A DNA stretch of 64,000 nucleotides, taken from Octopus sinensis (Eukaryota). The translations under genes were made by a program, and so were the position numbers. Each line of letters opens with the position of its first letter. Position 1 is the stretch's first letter. The DNA is taken from assembly GCF_006345805.1 (NCBI RefSeq), contig NC_043003.1:112716001-112780000 (forward strand), in the 5' to 3' direction. This document shows, piece after piece, positions 38,885-52,273 of the stretch. A model generated the notes under the pieces. The model was not told where the DNA came from. It worked only from the letters and a program-made list of their open reading frames with translations, and did no database searches.

Positions 38885-39125
38885 TACTCGGAGACCAGAT
38901 ATTGTGGTAGATAAAGGAAAAAAGAAAACCAAGTTTACAGATATTGCAATACATGGAGATGCACGCAGAAGTGACAAAGAACTAGAAAAGATTGAAAAGT
39001 ACAGACTACTAAAAGACGAAATGGCAAAAACGTGGACTATGAGGAGAGCGTCTATCATTTCAATAGTTTTAGGGGCCGTCGGAGCACTAACAACCAAGTT
39101 CGAGAAATATGTGAGATAAATCGGA
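38885..39125 (+). mobile_element. RLE-type LINE fragment
   Basis: RPDIVVVDK...DIAI...KELEKIEKY..L..E...W...IVLGAVGA (PD..D restriction-like endonuclease). Confidence 0.82.
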
Positions 39126-39162
<37 letters not shown>

Positions 39163-39346
39163 ATATATATATGAAAATAAGCAACAGGATATCAAGAAGT
39201 GATGTAGTGATGCAGCACTTCGTGATATCCTTCTTGATATCCAGTTGCTTATTTTGATTTTATTCTCCTTACTTCGAACTGTGCGGATAATACTAGACTG
39301 ACTTGGTGCTTCAACTTGGGCACCTAATTCAACTGAATCTCAATTA

Positions 39347-39403
<57 letters not shown>

Positions 39404-39599
39404 GCACCTAAAATATGTATGTATGTATGCATGTATGTGGGTGGAAGGACAACACTTAAGCAATCTACATTCGTACATTTTGTATAGATATCCCACCGTA
39501 TTTTACATGTATACTAGAACACAGAAAGACATTATATACATATATGTATATATATATATAATATATATATATATGTATATATATACATGTATATATATG

Positions 39600-39657
<58 letters not shown>

Positions 39658-40651
39658 CATACTTATGTATATATATATATATATATAATATATATAATAT
39701 ACATATATATATATATACATATATATATATACATATAAATATACATATATATATATATATATATGTGTGTATATACAATGTATACATATATACACGCACA
39801 CACGTGTGTGTGTGTGTGTGAGTGCGTGCATATGCGTGTATATAGAAAAGTACACTCCGATACATTACAGATGAAACTATAAATTAGTGTATGAATACAT
39901 GAAAATATATATATATGTATATACATGTATGTAAGTACGTATGCATGTATATGTATGCATATGTATGTGTATATATGCATGTGTTTATATATATGTATAT
40001 ATATATATATATGCATGTGTATATATGAATGTGCATATGTTTATAACAAGAATGTCCGGAATAATGATCTCTGTATTGCATTCGATATGGCTAGCAGTGA
40101 AAATGTCAAAGTTTGTTGTGCAACACTATTCAGTCTCCATATTAATAAGAGAAATAGCCTTAGAAATAATATTATTCATACATAAAGACCTCCATGATGT
40201 TTTGTCAGCTACTTTTTACATCTTAAAGCGACTTTGCCTCCTTCTCAAACTACACATGACAGTTACACAGTTTCCCCTGCAGCAGCCGAGGTGAGAGAAG
40301 TGCCTTTACATTCCGTACAGCCGTGAAGATCAATTTATATTTAAATGACGCATAGAATAACTGCATTTGTGGTTTTATTTCCTTGCATCCAAATCCAATT
40401 GAAATCGGTTATGGTTCTATGATAAACATTGAATTCTAATTTGTTGACTTTTCATTTGGTTGTTGTGTAACGATGTTACAACGGCGTTTCTCGCTTTAAG
40501 CAGTTTGTACAGCTCCATAAAATATTTGTAGATGGTCTCCGTGTATAAAATTGCTTTACTATTATTAATGCAATGAAAACAACCATTTTGATGAATGAAA
40601 ATCACTTCATTCCGGCTATACACATAAGTTCTAATATATGAGTGTGTGTGC

Positions 40652-40704
<53 letters not shown>

Positions 40705-40809
40705 CATACTACATACATTCCGGCTATACACGTATGTTCTAATATATGAGTGTGTGTGTGCGTATATATATATATACGTGTAGAATATACGTGTATAGCC
40801 GGAATGTAT

Positions 40810-41112
40810 GTCGCCATGGTTTCATCTACTCTACGTTTCGAAGGTGAAGGCGAGACGTATCTTCGATAGCTTTCGTAATACTTTTTTTCGTTCGGCTTAA
40901 CAGCCCTTCTCGTCTTGTTATTCTCCTTGTCCCTGTCTTTTACTGTTTATATTTTGTACTGTCGTTACTGTCCTGTTTTTGTAACCATTTTTACCCCTCT
41001 GCAAAAAGATCTCAAATTTTATTTGATTTGCATTTCGCAGGAAGGAAAGTTTTTATCGAAGAAACGTCTCGCCTTCACCTTCGAAACGTAGAGTAAATGA
41101 AACCATGGCGAC
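40810..41112. mobile_element. Fold-back element with ~58-bp inverted arms
   Basis: GTCGCCATGGTTTCATCTACTCTACGTTTCGAAGGTGAAGGCGAGACG (40810) and its near-perfect reverse complement at ~41065-41111. Confidence 0.75.
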
Positions 41113-41403
41113 TGAAGAAAGGGTGTTTTCCTTGTGTTATTTGTCCTGTACTCTATATTTTTTTGTTGTTTAAGAAAAATGTCCAGTTCCTTGGGTTTGT
41201 GTCTATGTTTTCGTTTCTCATTGTGTTCGACGTTCTTTTGGTGTCCTGTACTCATATATGCGTGTATATATACATGTAGAGGTAGGTACGTACATATATG
41301 TATATATATATGCATATGTTTTATTTATTAATATATATATATATAAATACATACATACATACATTCCGGCTATACGCGTATGTTCTAATATATGAGTGTG
41401 TGC

Positions 41404-41442
<39 letters not shown>

Positions 41443-41552
41443 GATACATGCATGCATGCATGCATGCATACACACACACACATACATACATACATATATA
41501 CATACATACATACATACATACATACACACACACACATACATACATACATACA

Positions 41553-41585
<33 letters not shown>

Positions 41586-42255
41586 GGCGCCTGCTTGTTA
41601 AGCTCTGGTAAAACTTTGAAAAACTACGATCAGATCGAATTGAACTGAAATTTAAATGGTCTCCAGTTGAAATATATTACTGCCAATATACCGTGATTAA
41701 ATATTACCTTTACATCGAGCAACTATTTCACAGTTATTAGGAATTTTCCGACGTGAAATGATCAAAGTCGAGTCACCACGTGGTTGAGTAAATAAATATA
41801 AATTGATATCTACTTTTGACTGTACTTTTCTCAGAGAAATTTCGGTCGTTCAGATTCCAGCTTCTCCAAACCGAACGTTTGTATGCAATTTTGTACATTG
41901 CTAAAATATCCAAAAAAAAACTTTTGTGGAACTTCAAGTTCGTTTACAATTTCGAGAGCGTATCATGTAGATCATATTATTGAATCTATGTAAGTACACG
42001 TGGAACCGGAGAGAATTTTCTTTTGTTTTAATTGGCCGGTCTAAAGTAAGAGAAACAAATATTTTTTTATTCTTTCTTTTTTCTTACTACCTAAATATAT
42101 GCTGATAATTTTTATTCCAATTATCACGTGTCGGGTGTCAGATTGAATTTTTATCGCTGCCTCTGAGTTGTGTCTTTATTCCTATTTACGCTTACGTTGA
42201 TCAATTCCCCTTCCCTTTCCGTCTTTCTTATCTAGTTTTCCTCTTTCTCTTTCTC

Positions 42256-42304
<49 letters not shown>

Positions 42305-43367
42305 ATTTATACGTTCGTTGACCTTTCTTTATCCACATCGATCCTTCTATCTCTTCATTTCTATTTTTGTCGATTTGTCTATTTTTCTCATTATCACGTT
42401 TTCGGTCTTTGTCTCCACATTTCGTTTTACATCTCTCTCTCTCTCAAACTCTCTCTCTGTGTCTCTCTGTCTCTCTCTTTATCTATCTCTATCACTCCTT
42501 TTCTCTCTCTACTTTTTCTTGACTACCTTTCCATCCTTCTCTCTCTCTCTCTCTATCTCTCTTCCCCTCTCTCTTCATACCTGCCTCTACTTCTTCCTAC
42601 CCTCTCTCTCTCCGTATCTCAGCAACATGGACCTTGGCAGAGCCAACTACACTAAAGACAGCATAACCTTTAAAATGCAAAGAAACCGGCAGTTTCAAGT
42701 AATAAAAACAATGCTCCTTGAATGGAACTTAGCAGAAGGGTCACTACCGAGCAATTTAATTGCAAAGACCTTGAAGAGTTGTCTTTTCACAGGACCATGG
42801 CTCAGATCGAAAGGAAAATTGAATGAATGAATTCATTCATATGCCTTGATTAAACGACACATTGATTTATTGGACAATATATTCAAAGGGGAGATAAAAC
42901 ACAAAAAGGCAAAAAAGAAACCTGTGACTTCAATGGAATCAGAGAAAGGTCAGGATGATACTGTGAGAGAGGAACACGAGGAAATGTGAGCCCAAGGAGT
43001 ACAACATCAACAAAGCAAAAGTTCACCAGGAAAAAACAGAAAAGGCTAAATATGAAAATGAAAGCACAATGAAATGAACTGAGGATGTGCAAAGATCCAA
43101 GGTAAGCGCAAAAACAAAAAGGAGTTGAACTTGCGAAAACAAAGTGTCCGAAGAAAGAAAGCTTAAACAGTCCGTAAATTTTATACAAAGGGTAGCTGCT
43201 GGCATGAAGATATTAGAGCTGCAGATTTTCTCGTCTCAAGCCCCACATGAGTGGTACTCGTTTTGCTTAACCCGAGGCCAGGGAGAACTCTTCCAGAGAA
43301 GACAAACACTTCTAACACGATCAACACGGAAACAAAACACCAATCTTTCACTTTGAAATATGTAGAT

Positions 43368-43568
43368 CAGTGGTTTTCAACCAGGGTTCCGCCAGTACTG
43401 TCCAGGGGTTCCGCAAGAAGTTACAAAACTGCTAAAATCGGCAGTAATTTTTAATTCTCCTGTGCAGATATGTGTGCATAAAACTATAAAATTATTGCAC
43501 AGGGGTTCCTCGAGCCAGTGGAATGTTTCCTTGGGGTTCCGCTCCAGCAAAAAGTTTGAAAAGTACTG
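43368..43568. mobile_element. hAT (Charlie-like) MITE, 201 bp
   Basis: TIRs CAGTGGTTTTCAACC / GTTTGAAAAGTACTG. Perfect 8-bp TSD ATGTAGAT on both sides. Confidence 0.92.
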
Positions 43569-44044
43569 ATGTAGATGGTCAACGTACTGCGCTAAAGTGG
43601 ATACAATATGTAGACGCAGTGCGAGCAACCGTTGCTGAACAGCGGTCCTTTTGGAAATGGCAGAGAGGGTTGTAAGGCAGCTGACCGTAAGCGTTTCAAC
43701 GATAACTAACACCCCGTGTTCTCGGCATTGCATACATATGCACATTTATAAGAGAGGGAAAGAAAAAGACAGAGAAAGAGATGTAGAGCGAACAGCTTTC
43801 CTTTCAAAACGAATTGTATTGAAAATAACGAAGTCTTTTGTCTTAAATATTATTCATATATTCATATTTGTGTGTGCGCATATATGTATATTGATATATG
43901 TATTACGCATGTATGTACGTATGTTTGTACGTATGTATGGTTGTATGTATGTTTGTAAGTATGTATGTATGTATGTGCAGATTTGTATGCTTTATGTATG
44001 TATTCTCATGCATATATTTGCATATCTAGACACGCTCATATATA

Positions 44045-44600
44045 TTTAAAAGATAAACGTCTGGAAAGTTTGACAAACTTTTACAGTTCCAGTGATGGAT
44101 TGGATCTGTAGTCTTCGAATAAGCTTTCTCCTTTCTGGTTCTGAGAAGCCTAATTTCTCAAGATTGGTATTTAGGCAGCATATTACATATCCCAGGGCCC
44201 CAATAACTACTGGTATAAACCTGAACTTGTAATCAGGATCGATTAACTGTAGATTTCTCAATAGTTCAGCATAAGTGTTCTCTTTTTCACTGATCTTCAG
44301 TTTTATATTAACATCCGCTGGGCAGCTAATTTCCACAGTTTCTCTTCGCTATCCCAAACCATTATATCAGATATGTTGTGCTTACATTTTATTGAGGTCT
44401 TCACTGGTACATTCTACCAGTATTTATTTTTATTATGAGTGGCTATGGCTTCTACCATATTGTGGGTACCTATTTATTTGTCCGCGGGATTATCCTTCCG
44501 ACGGATTTCATTATAGAGTGCCCTAGCTACAACGTCATGTCTCATCGGTAAATAATACCGTGATGACATTTTCAGACAGCTGCTTATGATATGGGTGACA
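44045..44600 (-). mobile_element. RLE-type (R4/Dong-like) LINE fragment
   Basis: THIISSCLKMSSRYYLPMRHDVVAR, EISCPADVN, FIPVVIGALG and LQIQSITGTVK. Confidence 0.85.
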
Positions 44601-44724
44601 GACAAACTGACAGATAGACGGACAGACAGACACACAGACAGGCACGCAGACACACAGACATATAAGCAGACACACAGACAGACATACAAACAGATACACA
44701 AGACACATACGCAGACAGACACAC

Positions 44725-44824
<100 letters not shown>

Positions 44825-46626
44825 TACCTAATACATTATAAATGTAATACGTAGAGTATTTTCATCTAATACTGTTTCAGGTGTGTATCTTAACTTAAGA
44901 CTCAGTGATTTATGAAAGACATACATTAATTGCGTACCATGAGAGCACAGAAAATATAGTTCAATAATAAAAACAGGGCGGCAACCCTTTCTTCGTCATT
45001 TGTAGACAAGTATACTCTTATACATATTCATATCTCTACATATATTCTGATGTTATGTCTTTCGAGTTATAACAATATCTTCCTCATGGTTAAGATATAT
45101 TCTTACTTACCAGAAAACCAGAAGCCATATTATCTATACCCTTTGTTTACTATACGTTCACTTAGTTACATAACATATATAAGACACACTTGAAAATAAA
45201 GATCAGATGTGGAATAAGAATTTTATTGAATTTCGTATATTCTATGACAGCATTTTTCATTTACACTGATTTTCTATGGACTGCTTATCTCTTTCATTTT
45301 GGAATTTGCTTAGCATCTTTCATGCGGATTACCACGCACGCTATTCCTCAGTTTCGTAACTTCGAGCTTATTCGTTAGAGAAGATTGACATTTTTATTTT
45401 TAGTGACATATACTGACTTTCTAAATGTTAATCTGATTATTATATAACAGTTAACGTGCTACAAGAACTAAGCTCCTGGTGCTGCCAGAGACGAAACACT
45501 TGGTTTTATTGCTGCATAACAAGGTGAACTGGAAATACTCTTTCCAGTTCAAGTCACTTTACTAATGCCTACGAATGGAATCAATGGTTTTCTTTTTCAA
45601 GCATTTTCTTCTTCTGTCTTCTCCATCTTGAGGTAGCAGCTTTGTAAAGGATCGATTTTTGAGACGTGGCATACAACTGACCATACGTACCACTGACTAC
45701 GCATACAATAGATTATGCATATATCTGAGCATTCATACAATTTATAGTACACACAAGAGAGTGCATACCTTTGTGTCTGTGTGTGTGTGGGGGTGAGTTT
45801 GTGCGTGTGAAAATACACTACACAACAGGTTACACGTACAATGTGTAATACAATTTACCATACATACAATTGTCTGTTTATGCATAAGACTTATGTAAAT
45901 AGTTTGTTATACATAAATATGTCGTTACGTACTATTCTCTATACAGACAATTGGCTATCATCATAATAGTCTACTTAGTATCTTAACCGAACATTGCCTT
46001 CCCCCCACACACACACCGCCACCACCACAGCCTTCTAAAGGTTTCTGTCATGTCCTTTTATTCCTTTTCACTTGGTTTCATGTTGCCCATATCGTCTTCA
46101 ATTCTTTTGTCTTCTAATCTCCGTCTGACGATCATCCATGACCCCTTTCTAGGCACAATCAATCCAGGACTACATTGTCTCACGCGATCCCCTTCCTTAA
46201 ACTAAAGACTATGATCTGGCAGTTATTTCTAGGTACAACACAGGGAGTTGTCTTTTCCTTACTAAAGGTGTTGTAAAGAACCATATTCTTGCTCAGGTAA
46301 GACAGCAAGGCAGTATCGATTTTTAGATGAAGATGATTCTGTCTAGCACTATTTTTGGCAAATACATGTGTTGAAAGGGTATATTGTTCTCGATTGAAAA
46401 ATACAAGGCATTGCACCTAGTTTTTAAAGAAACTGATATTGAACTTATTGTTGCGATTTATAAGGCAAAGAAGTGTGCTCAATGGTTTGTTCGTTGTGTT
46501 TTTGTGGGGTTTTTTAATTTTGTTTTTTTTGTTTTTACGGCTGCTTGACCTGTCGTCAACGTTCTCCGCCCGAATTCTATTAGGATTCACTTAAAATAAG
46601 TTGAAAATAGGTACCACTAGTTGCTG

Positions 46627-46658
<32 letters not shown>

Positions 46659-47013
46659 GGTGGTGGTGGTGGTGGTGGTGGCGGCGGTAGCGGCGGTGTT
46701 GAAAGCTATATCAATCGTGAATGGAAAGAAATATTACCAAAGCCCTTCCAGCCGTGACTATCCTGTATTTTTATGGGTATACCTTGGACTACATTTTACA
46801 ATCTATCCTCTTTTAAGATTGTAGTCATCGATCTGAAAGAGAGATTTTACTGGTATTTCTAGCAAGTAGATCAGTTGCCTTGAGAATATCACCTTTGTTG
46901 TAGATAACAAGATTGATAGTATAGTTATCGACTTCAAGCCTGACTTTTGTTCGTAAACCATTAGAGATAAAACATTTATTTTCAAGTTTCTAAAAACCTG
47001 TCAATAGTAGTTA

Positions 47014-47408
47014 TCTCTATATATAAAAGTCAAGTTGTGTGTCTGTCTCCTACGATTTAGATTCCTAACTACTCCCACATTTTGCGGTGCAGTTTAACCA
47101 AAACCGGGTATCTTATAGTCGTGCTTCATATCGAGCCCTTCTGGGTATTAGCGCGCGTCTACAATGAGTCTACGATTTAAAAGAAAATTTACCACCATTT
47201 TTTCCCATTTTAATGCATTTCTTCGCTATTATATAAGGGAAGTAACTCTCTAAAAATGTCTACGATGAGTCAACGATTTTTAAAAAATTACCATCACTTT
47301 TTTTCCATTTTTAATGCATATTTTTGCTATTTTTGGCTATAACTCTCTAAAAATGCTTATATAGTTATTTCCCTTACAAACCCGAGCAACGCCGGGCGAT
47401 ACTGCTAG
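47014..47408 (+). mobile_element. Non-autonomous Helitron-like element
   Basis: A|TCTCTATATATAAAAG...CCCGAGCAACGCCGGGCGATACTGCTAG|T. Close copy at 59706-60077. Confidence 0.8.
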
Positions 47409-47601
47409 TTTCTAATTAAAAAAAAGATATCTTTGTGTGAAACTGTCGTAACGTTTAACGAGGGTAGGTTTCGTAATTCGACCAATACGTTACAAATTAT
47501 TTGTTTCTGTATCCACACTTCCTCGCAGCTTCTCTTTTACATAAGATCTCAAAAATGCTACTAGGGAACGTGCTATTTCTTAATCATGCTTAGTGGACTC
47601 C

Positions 47602-48260
47602 GAAGTCAGGTGATACAGCAGTTTTTCCGCCGATGCTGGACGATTCTCGTCTGCTTCTATGCACTAAACATCCATACAAGAGACTTTCTCAGATGAATTT
47701 TGCAGTATTACGGCACTCTTATAAAACATCCAAGTTAAGTAGGATTTAAAGCCTGTCATTCGGTAATAACACTGCCTCCGTTGCTTGCAGTTGATTTTTA
47801 TCCGGCCTCAAATGAAGGAAGAAATTAATAACATTCGGTGCTGCTGCTGACGAAGTGCAAATCAAACAGAAATCACGTGTTACAGCAGTTCTGCCGCCGA
47901 TTGTGGACTGTTTATGTCTACTCTCAATATCGCTGTGCTTCTATGCACTAAATTTCTATACGAGACACTTTCTGGGGGTGAATTTTGCAGTATTACGCCG
48001 CGCTTATTAAACGTCCAAGTTAAGTAGGATTTAGAGTCTGACATTCGGTAAAAACACTGCCTCCGTTGCTAATATTTGATTAATACCCAGCCAGCCTTTA
48101 GTGACACCAGTGACTGACTAGTCGCTGTTTTTCTGTATATCGGGGGAATGGATAACAGAACAGAAAGCGTTGCTAATGTATGCTACTGCTGATGAGGCGC
48201 AAAACACGCTAAAATCACGCGTTACAGCAGTTCAACCATATATGCTGGATGATTCTGGTC
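47602..48260 (+). repeat. Tandem array of 267- and 342-bp units delimited by hammerhead motifs (retrozyme-like)
   Basis: TACAGCAGTT starts at 47614, 47881 and 48223. Units share CTTCTATGCACTAAA, GAATTTTGCAGTATTACG and CAAGTTAAGTAGGATTTA. Junctions read CTGCTG-CTGACGA..GAAA-TCACGTGT-TA-CAGCAG and CTACTG-CTGATGA-GGCG..CGCT-AAAA-TCACGCGT-TA-CAGCAG. Confidence 0.75.
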
Positions 48261-48266
48261 TGTTAC

Positions 48267-48590
48267 TGTTATGGCAAGAATCATGACACCACTTCTAAGA
48301 ATGGACTTGCTGAACTCGCATAAGTAGCAGCGTTTTTGACTGAGAGCGACAGCTGAGAAATCGCAGGAAGTAGAAAGGTGTCGTTTGTGAGTACGTGGAG
48401 TCGCAAGAAATTGTTGAGAAGTTGTTATAGTTCGTTGAGAGTTGTTTTGGATTGGTTACAGTTGTTGGCAGAGTATTTGGGGAATACATCAAGTGGAGAC
48501 AATTGGTTCCTACCCCGTTCCTTGGTACTCTATACATCACACTGTATTAGTGCACAACACTAAAGGGACATATATAGAAACTACGTTACA
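48267..48590 (+). repeat. 5' LTR of the Gypsy element
   Basis: TGTT...GTTACA followed by a PBS-like TGGCGAC at 48595. The start may instead be 48261. Confidence 0.7.
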
Positions 48591-48594
48591 AAAG

Positions 48595-51000
48595 TGGCGA
48601 CAAGTGATTCGAAGCTTACGTTGGTCATTAACAATTTTTTATGATATAAAAAATTCGTTAATTATGGAAGACCTATTAGTTGGCATATTACAGTAGCAAA
48701 AGCAGCAGCAACAGCAGCAACAGGGGTTGCGCCAACAACTACAACAGCAACAACTACAACAAAATCAGTTGCTGGAACTGCTGCTGCTGAAGTCGGAAAA
48801 CACTGCAAGTTCGCTTTCGCCAGAAGGCGTAGCGAATGCTATAACTGAATTTAGTTATAACCCAGAAAAGGGTATAACTTTTTCGGTGTGCTTGAGAAAA
48901 TACGAAAAAATCCAAAGAAAAATGCAAGTGTTGGACAGTCGATGAAAAAGAGAGACTAGTGTTACGGAAACTAGGTCCTTCAGAACATGAAAAATACGGC
49001 AATTTTATCTTGCTTAAAAAAACAAATGAAATTTATTTCGAGGAAACAATTGAATTGCTATCCCAAATGTTCAGCGATAAGAATTCCCTGTTTAACACTC
49101 GCTGGGAGTATTTGAACCTAATAAAAGAAGAGGACGAATATTTTGTCAGTTACGCTGGAATCGTAAATGAAATGTGCGAAAAGTTTTAACTAAAGGTATT
49201 ATCTTCAGACAGATGCAGAAACACGTGCATGGACTTTTACAAAACTAGTACAGGAGGACCAGAATTTAAATCCGCAGGCAGTACCAGGGGAATGTCACAG
49301 TATTATCAACTTGCAGCAAGACAAGTGAAAATTGAAGAAAAAAAATTTCTCTCAAGTACAGACACGTCGACCAGAAAGAAATAATGAAAAAAGAATGTTA
49401 CGATCGAATCCATGGTATGGTTGTGGAGGTCTGCATTTCAAGAAAGACTGTCCATTTAAAACACGGGAATGTTTAAGTTGTCAAAAAATAGGACCTAAAA
49501 TATCGAACTACATAGCGAAGCAAAAAAGAGCCGAAAAAAATTCTTCTTAAAATGTTTGCTCAACTGAAAGTCGTGACGACACCCAAAGAAGAAAGTATGT
49601 GTATGTAAAAATATACAACCCGAACGTGAAGCTACGACTAGACACAGGTAGCGACATTACAATTATTGATACCGACACGTATCATGGGAGTTCTCCATAA
49701 ATCTGTTCTGTAAAAACATTAATGATTGTTCCTCTAGTAAAAAGTAGGCGTCAGATGAATTGAAGAAAAACATTTTTAATGCTTTTCCTGAAGTGTCGGA
49801 TTGATTAGGTTTATGTAATAAGATTGAGGCATGTTTCCAAAAGTAAGGAAAACACGATACCAGTGTTCAAACCAAAAAGAACGGTACCTTTTGCTGCGAT
49901 AAAACATGTCGATGAAGAATTAGACAGATTAGAGAAATTTAGAGTCATCCAAAAAGTGGAATATGCAAAATAGGCAGCTCCAACGGTGTCTATTAGAAAA
50001 AGGATAACAATATCAGGATGTGTGCCGGTTTTTCCACTGGCTTGAATGGATGTCTAAAAACGTGTCACTCTCCGCTACCTATTCCGGAGGATAATTTTGC
50101 GAAGTTACACGGGGGCGGGGCATGATATTTTCAAAACTGGATCCGTCTGATGCGAACCTACAAATTAGAGTAGATGAGAAATGCTCAAGATACCTAATGT
50201 AATAGATTACCATTTGGTCTAAAGTTTGCACCTGCAATTTTTCAACAGGTTATGGTTGCAATGTTAGCGGACTGTGAATTCGCAATTCCATAGCTGGATG
50301 ATATATTAATTAAAAGTGAATATCTTGATCGTCATGTCGAGCATGTAAATATGCTTTTGAAAAAATAAAAGATTACGGTCTTACACAGAATGAGGAAAAA
50401 TGTGAATTTTGTCTGACCTAAAATTAAGTATTTAGGACAAATTATTGACACGAAAGAACGAGGGAAGACGCAATTAAAAGTATGTCTCCTAATTCTAGCA
50501 AATTATTATAAAAATTAAAAGATGCAGCACGAAGCTTTGTCAGTGAACAGGTCTCAAAGCGACGAAAACATTTTGACAAATTAAATTTAAATGTTGAAGT
50601 GAATCTAACGGTTTTGTATGTTTCTTAAATGGCTTTTAAAACACCTTCTATGCTGCAATTATTTTCGTTCCAGCACACGATCTCAGATCAAGTCACTCTC
50701 CGTAATTATAAAATTTATATACTAAATATGCATGAACTGAGAGCTCCACTAAATTATTTGCTAAAAGAAAGAATTTGAAGTGGTATGAGCCAAATAATTG
50801 TCAAAAGGCGTTTGACGATATTAAAAAAGTAGTAATATCGGATTTGCCGCTGGGTCATTTCGATCCTGCAGTGGAGATTATTGTAGTTTCTGATGCTTCT
50901 GAATACGGCAAAGGATCGTTAATGATACACAAATATAAAGACGGTAATATGAAGGCATTGGTTCATGCCTTACATTCTGTGATAGCGGCAAAGAAAAACT
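48595..51000 (+). mobile_element. Decayed Ty3/Gypsy (Mag-like) gag-pol, 3'-truncated
   Basis: Poly-Q gag start, ITEFSYNPEKG, LRKLGPSEHEKY, zinc knuckle GCGGLHFKKDC, protease LDTGSDITII, RT LPFGLKFAPAIFQ and *LDDILI, RNase H DASEYG. Many stops and frameshifts. Confidence 0.93.
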
Positions 51001-51139
51001 ATATAGATATTACATTAGTAGTGTTAAGAACAACCGTTATAGGAAGACTTTTTCGAGATTACTAAAAAAGTGAATCGTTCATATTTAATAATAAAATATC
51101 AATTCAACAACATTAGAAAACAATGTTTAATATATATTC

Positions 51140-51526
51140 GGATTTTTTCGGTTTGAATGGCAGTTTTTAACATAATTTCTAGGTAACTAAAACATTTTAA
51201 ACTTCGTATACTGGTAGAATGTGTTAATAACACATCTTTTTCTCTTGGCTTTATTGCGAAAATTCTATAGCTTGTAAGATATTTGTTGTCTTTTTTCTCT
51301 TCAATTTCTGCAATTTCAACCAATCAATGACGTCCATTGAGGTAAAAAAAAACATCTGTGCCGTATGAATATGTCCCTCGTTTAAGAAACAGATAGTGTT
51401 TACTTACCCCTAAACCTAACCCTATAACAGATAGAAATGCAATAAATCGATACTAGGGTCATAATTATGGGTGACAATTTCATATGACACCGCTAGAAAA
51501 AACTGCCGTTCAAACCGAAAAGATCC
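51140..51526. mobile_element. MITE with ~29-bp TIRs
   Basis: GGATTTTTTCGGTTTGAATGGCAGTTTTT / AAAAACTGCCGTTCAAACCGAAAAGATCC, flanked by ATATTC on both sides. Confidence 0.85.
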
Positions 51527-51847
51527 ATATTCTCTTATAATTTTCAACATGCTGCAATTTACTACAATAGCTATTTATATTTATGTGTATGTTTGTGTTG
51601 GCTATTTGTGTATGTATGAGTATATGTGAAGACGTGTGTGTGTATATACGTAGGCAAATGTAAGTCTGTGCAGATAGACGAATTTAAATGGGCCCTTACA
51701 ATGCTAAATGAATGCATATATAAACAACTTACTTATAAGAAATATACTTCTGTATATTTCTATGTAAAAATGTGCTGGTGCAATGCATTATACACACACA
51801 CACACACATAATACATATATAACACTATATATATATATATGTATATA

Positions 51848-51884
<37 letters not shown>

Positions 51885-51905
51885 GTATATATATATATAT
51901 GTATT

Positions 51906-51937
<32 letters not shown>

Positions 51938-51999
51938 ATATATATATAACACACATATATATATATAACATATATACACATATATACACATATATATAT

Positions 52000-52037
<38 letters not shown>

Positions 52038-52220
52038 GCATATATATGTGTGCGTGTATGAATGTGTGTGTGATTCTATACATGTATATATGTGCATGTA
52101 TATAATAGGAGAGGGAAAAGGTACAAGAGAGAGCATGTTTGTGAGCGGTATGCATGTAAATGAAATATGATCGATCAATAGATAGATAGATAGATAGATA
52201 GATGGATAGATGGATAGATG

Positions 52221-52273
<53 letters not shown>

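Noticed and set aside
42610-43350. A-rich stretch with short ORFs, possibly a retroelement ORF1 remnant
   Set aside because: No motif could be recognised.
48696-48790. Poly-Q tract as a host gene exon
   Set aside because: It lies at the N-terminus of the Gypsy gag, just after the PBS.
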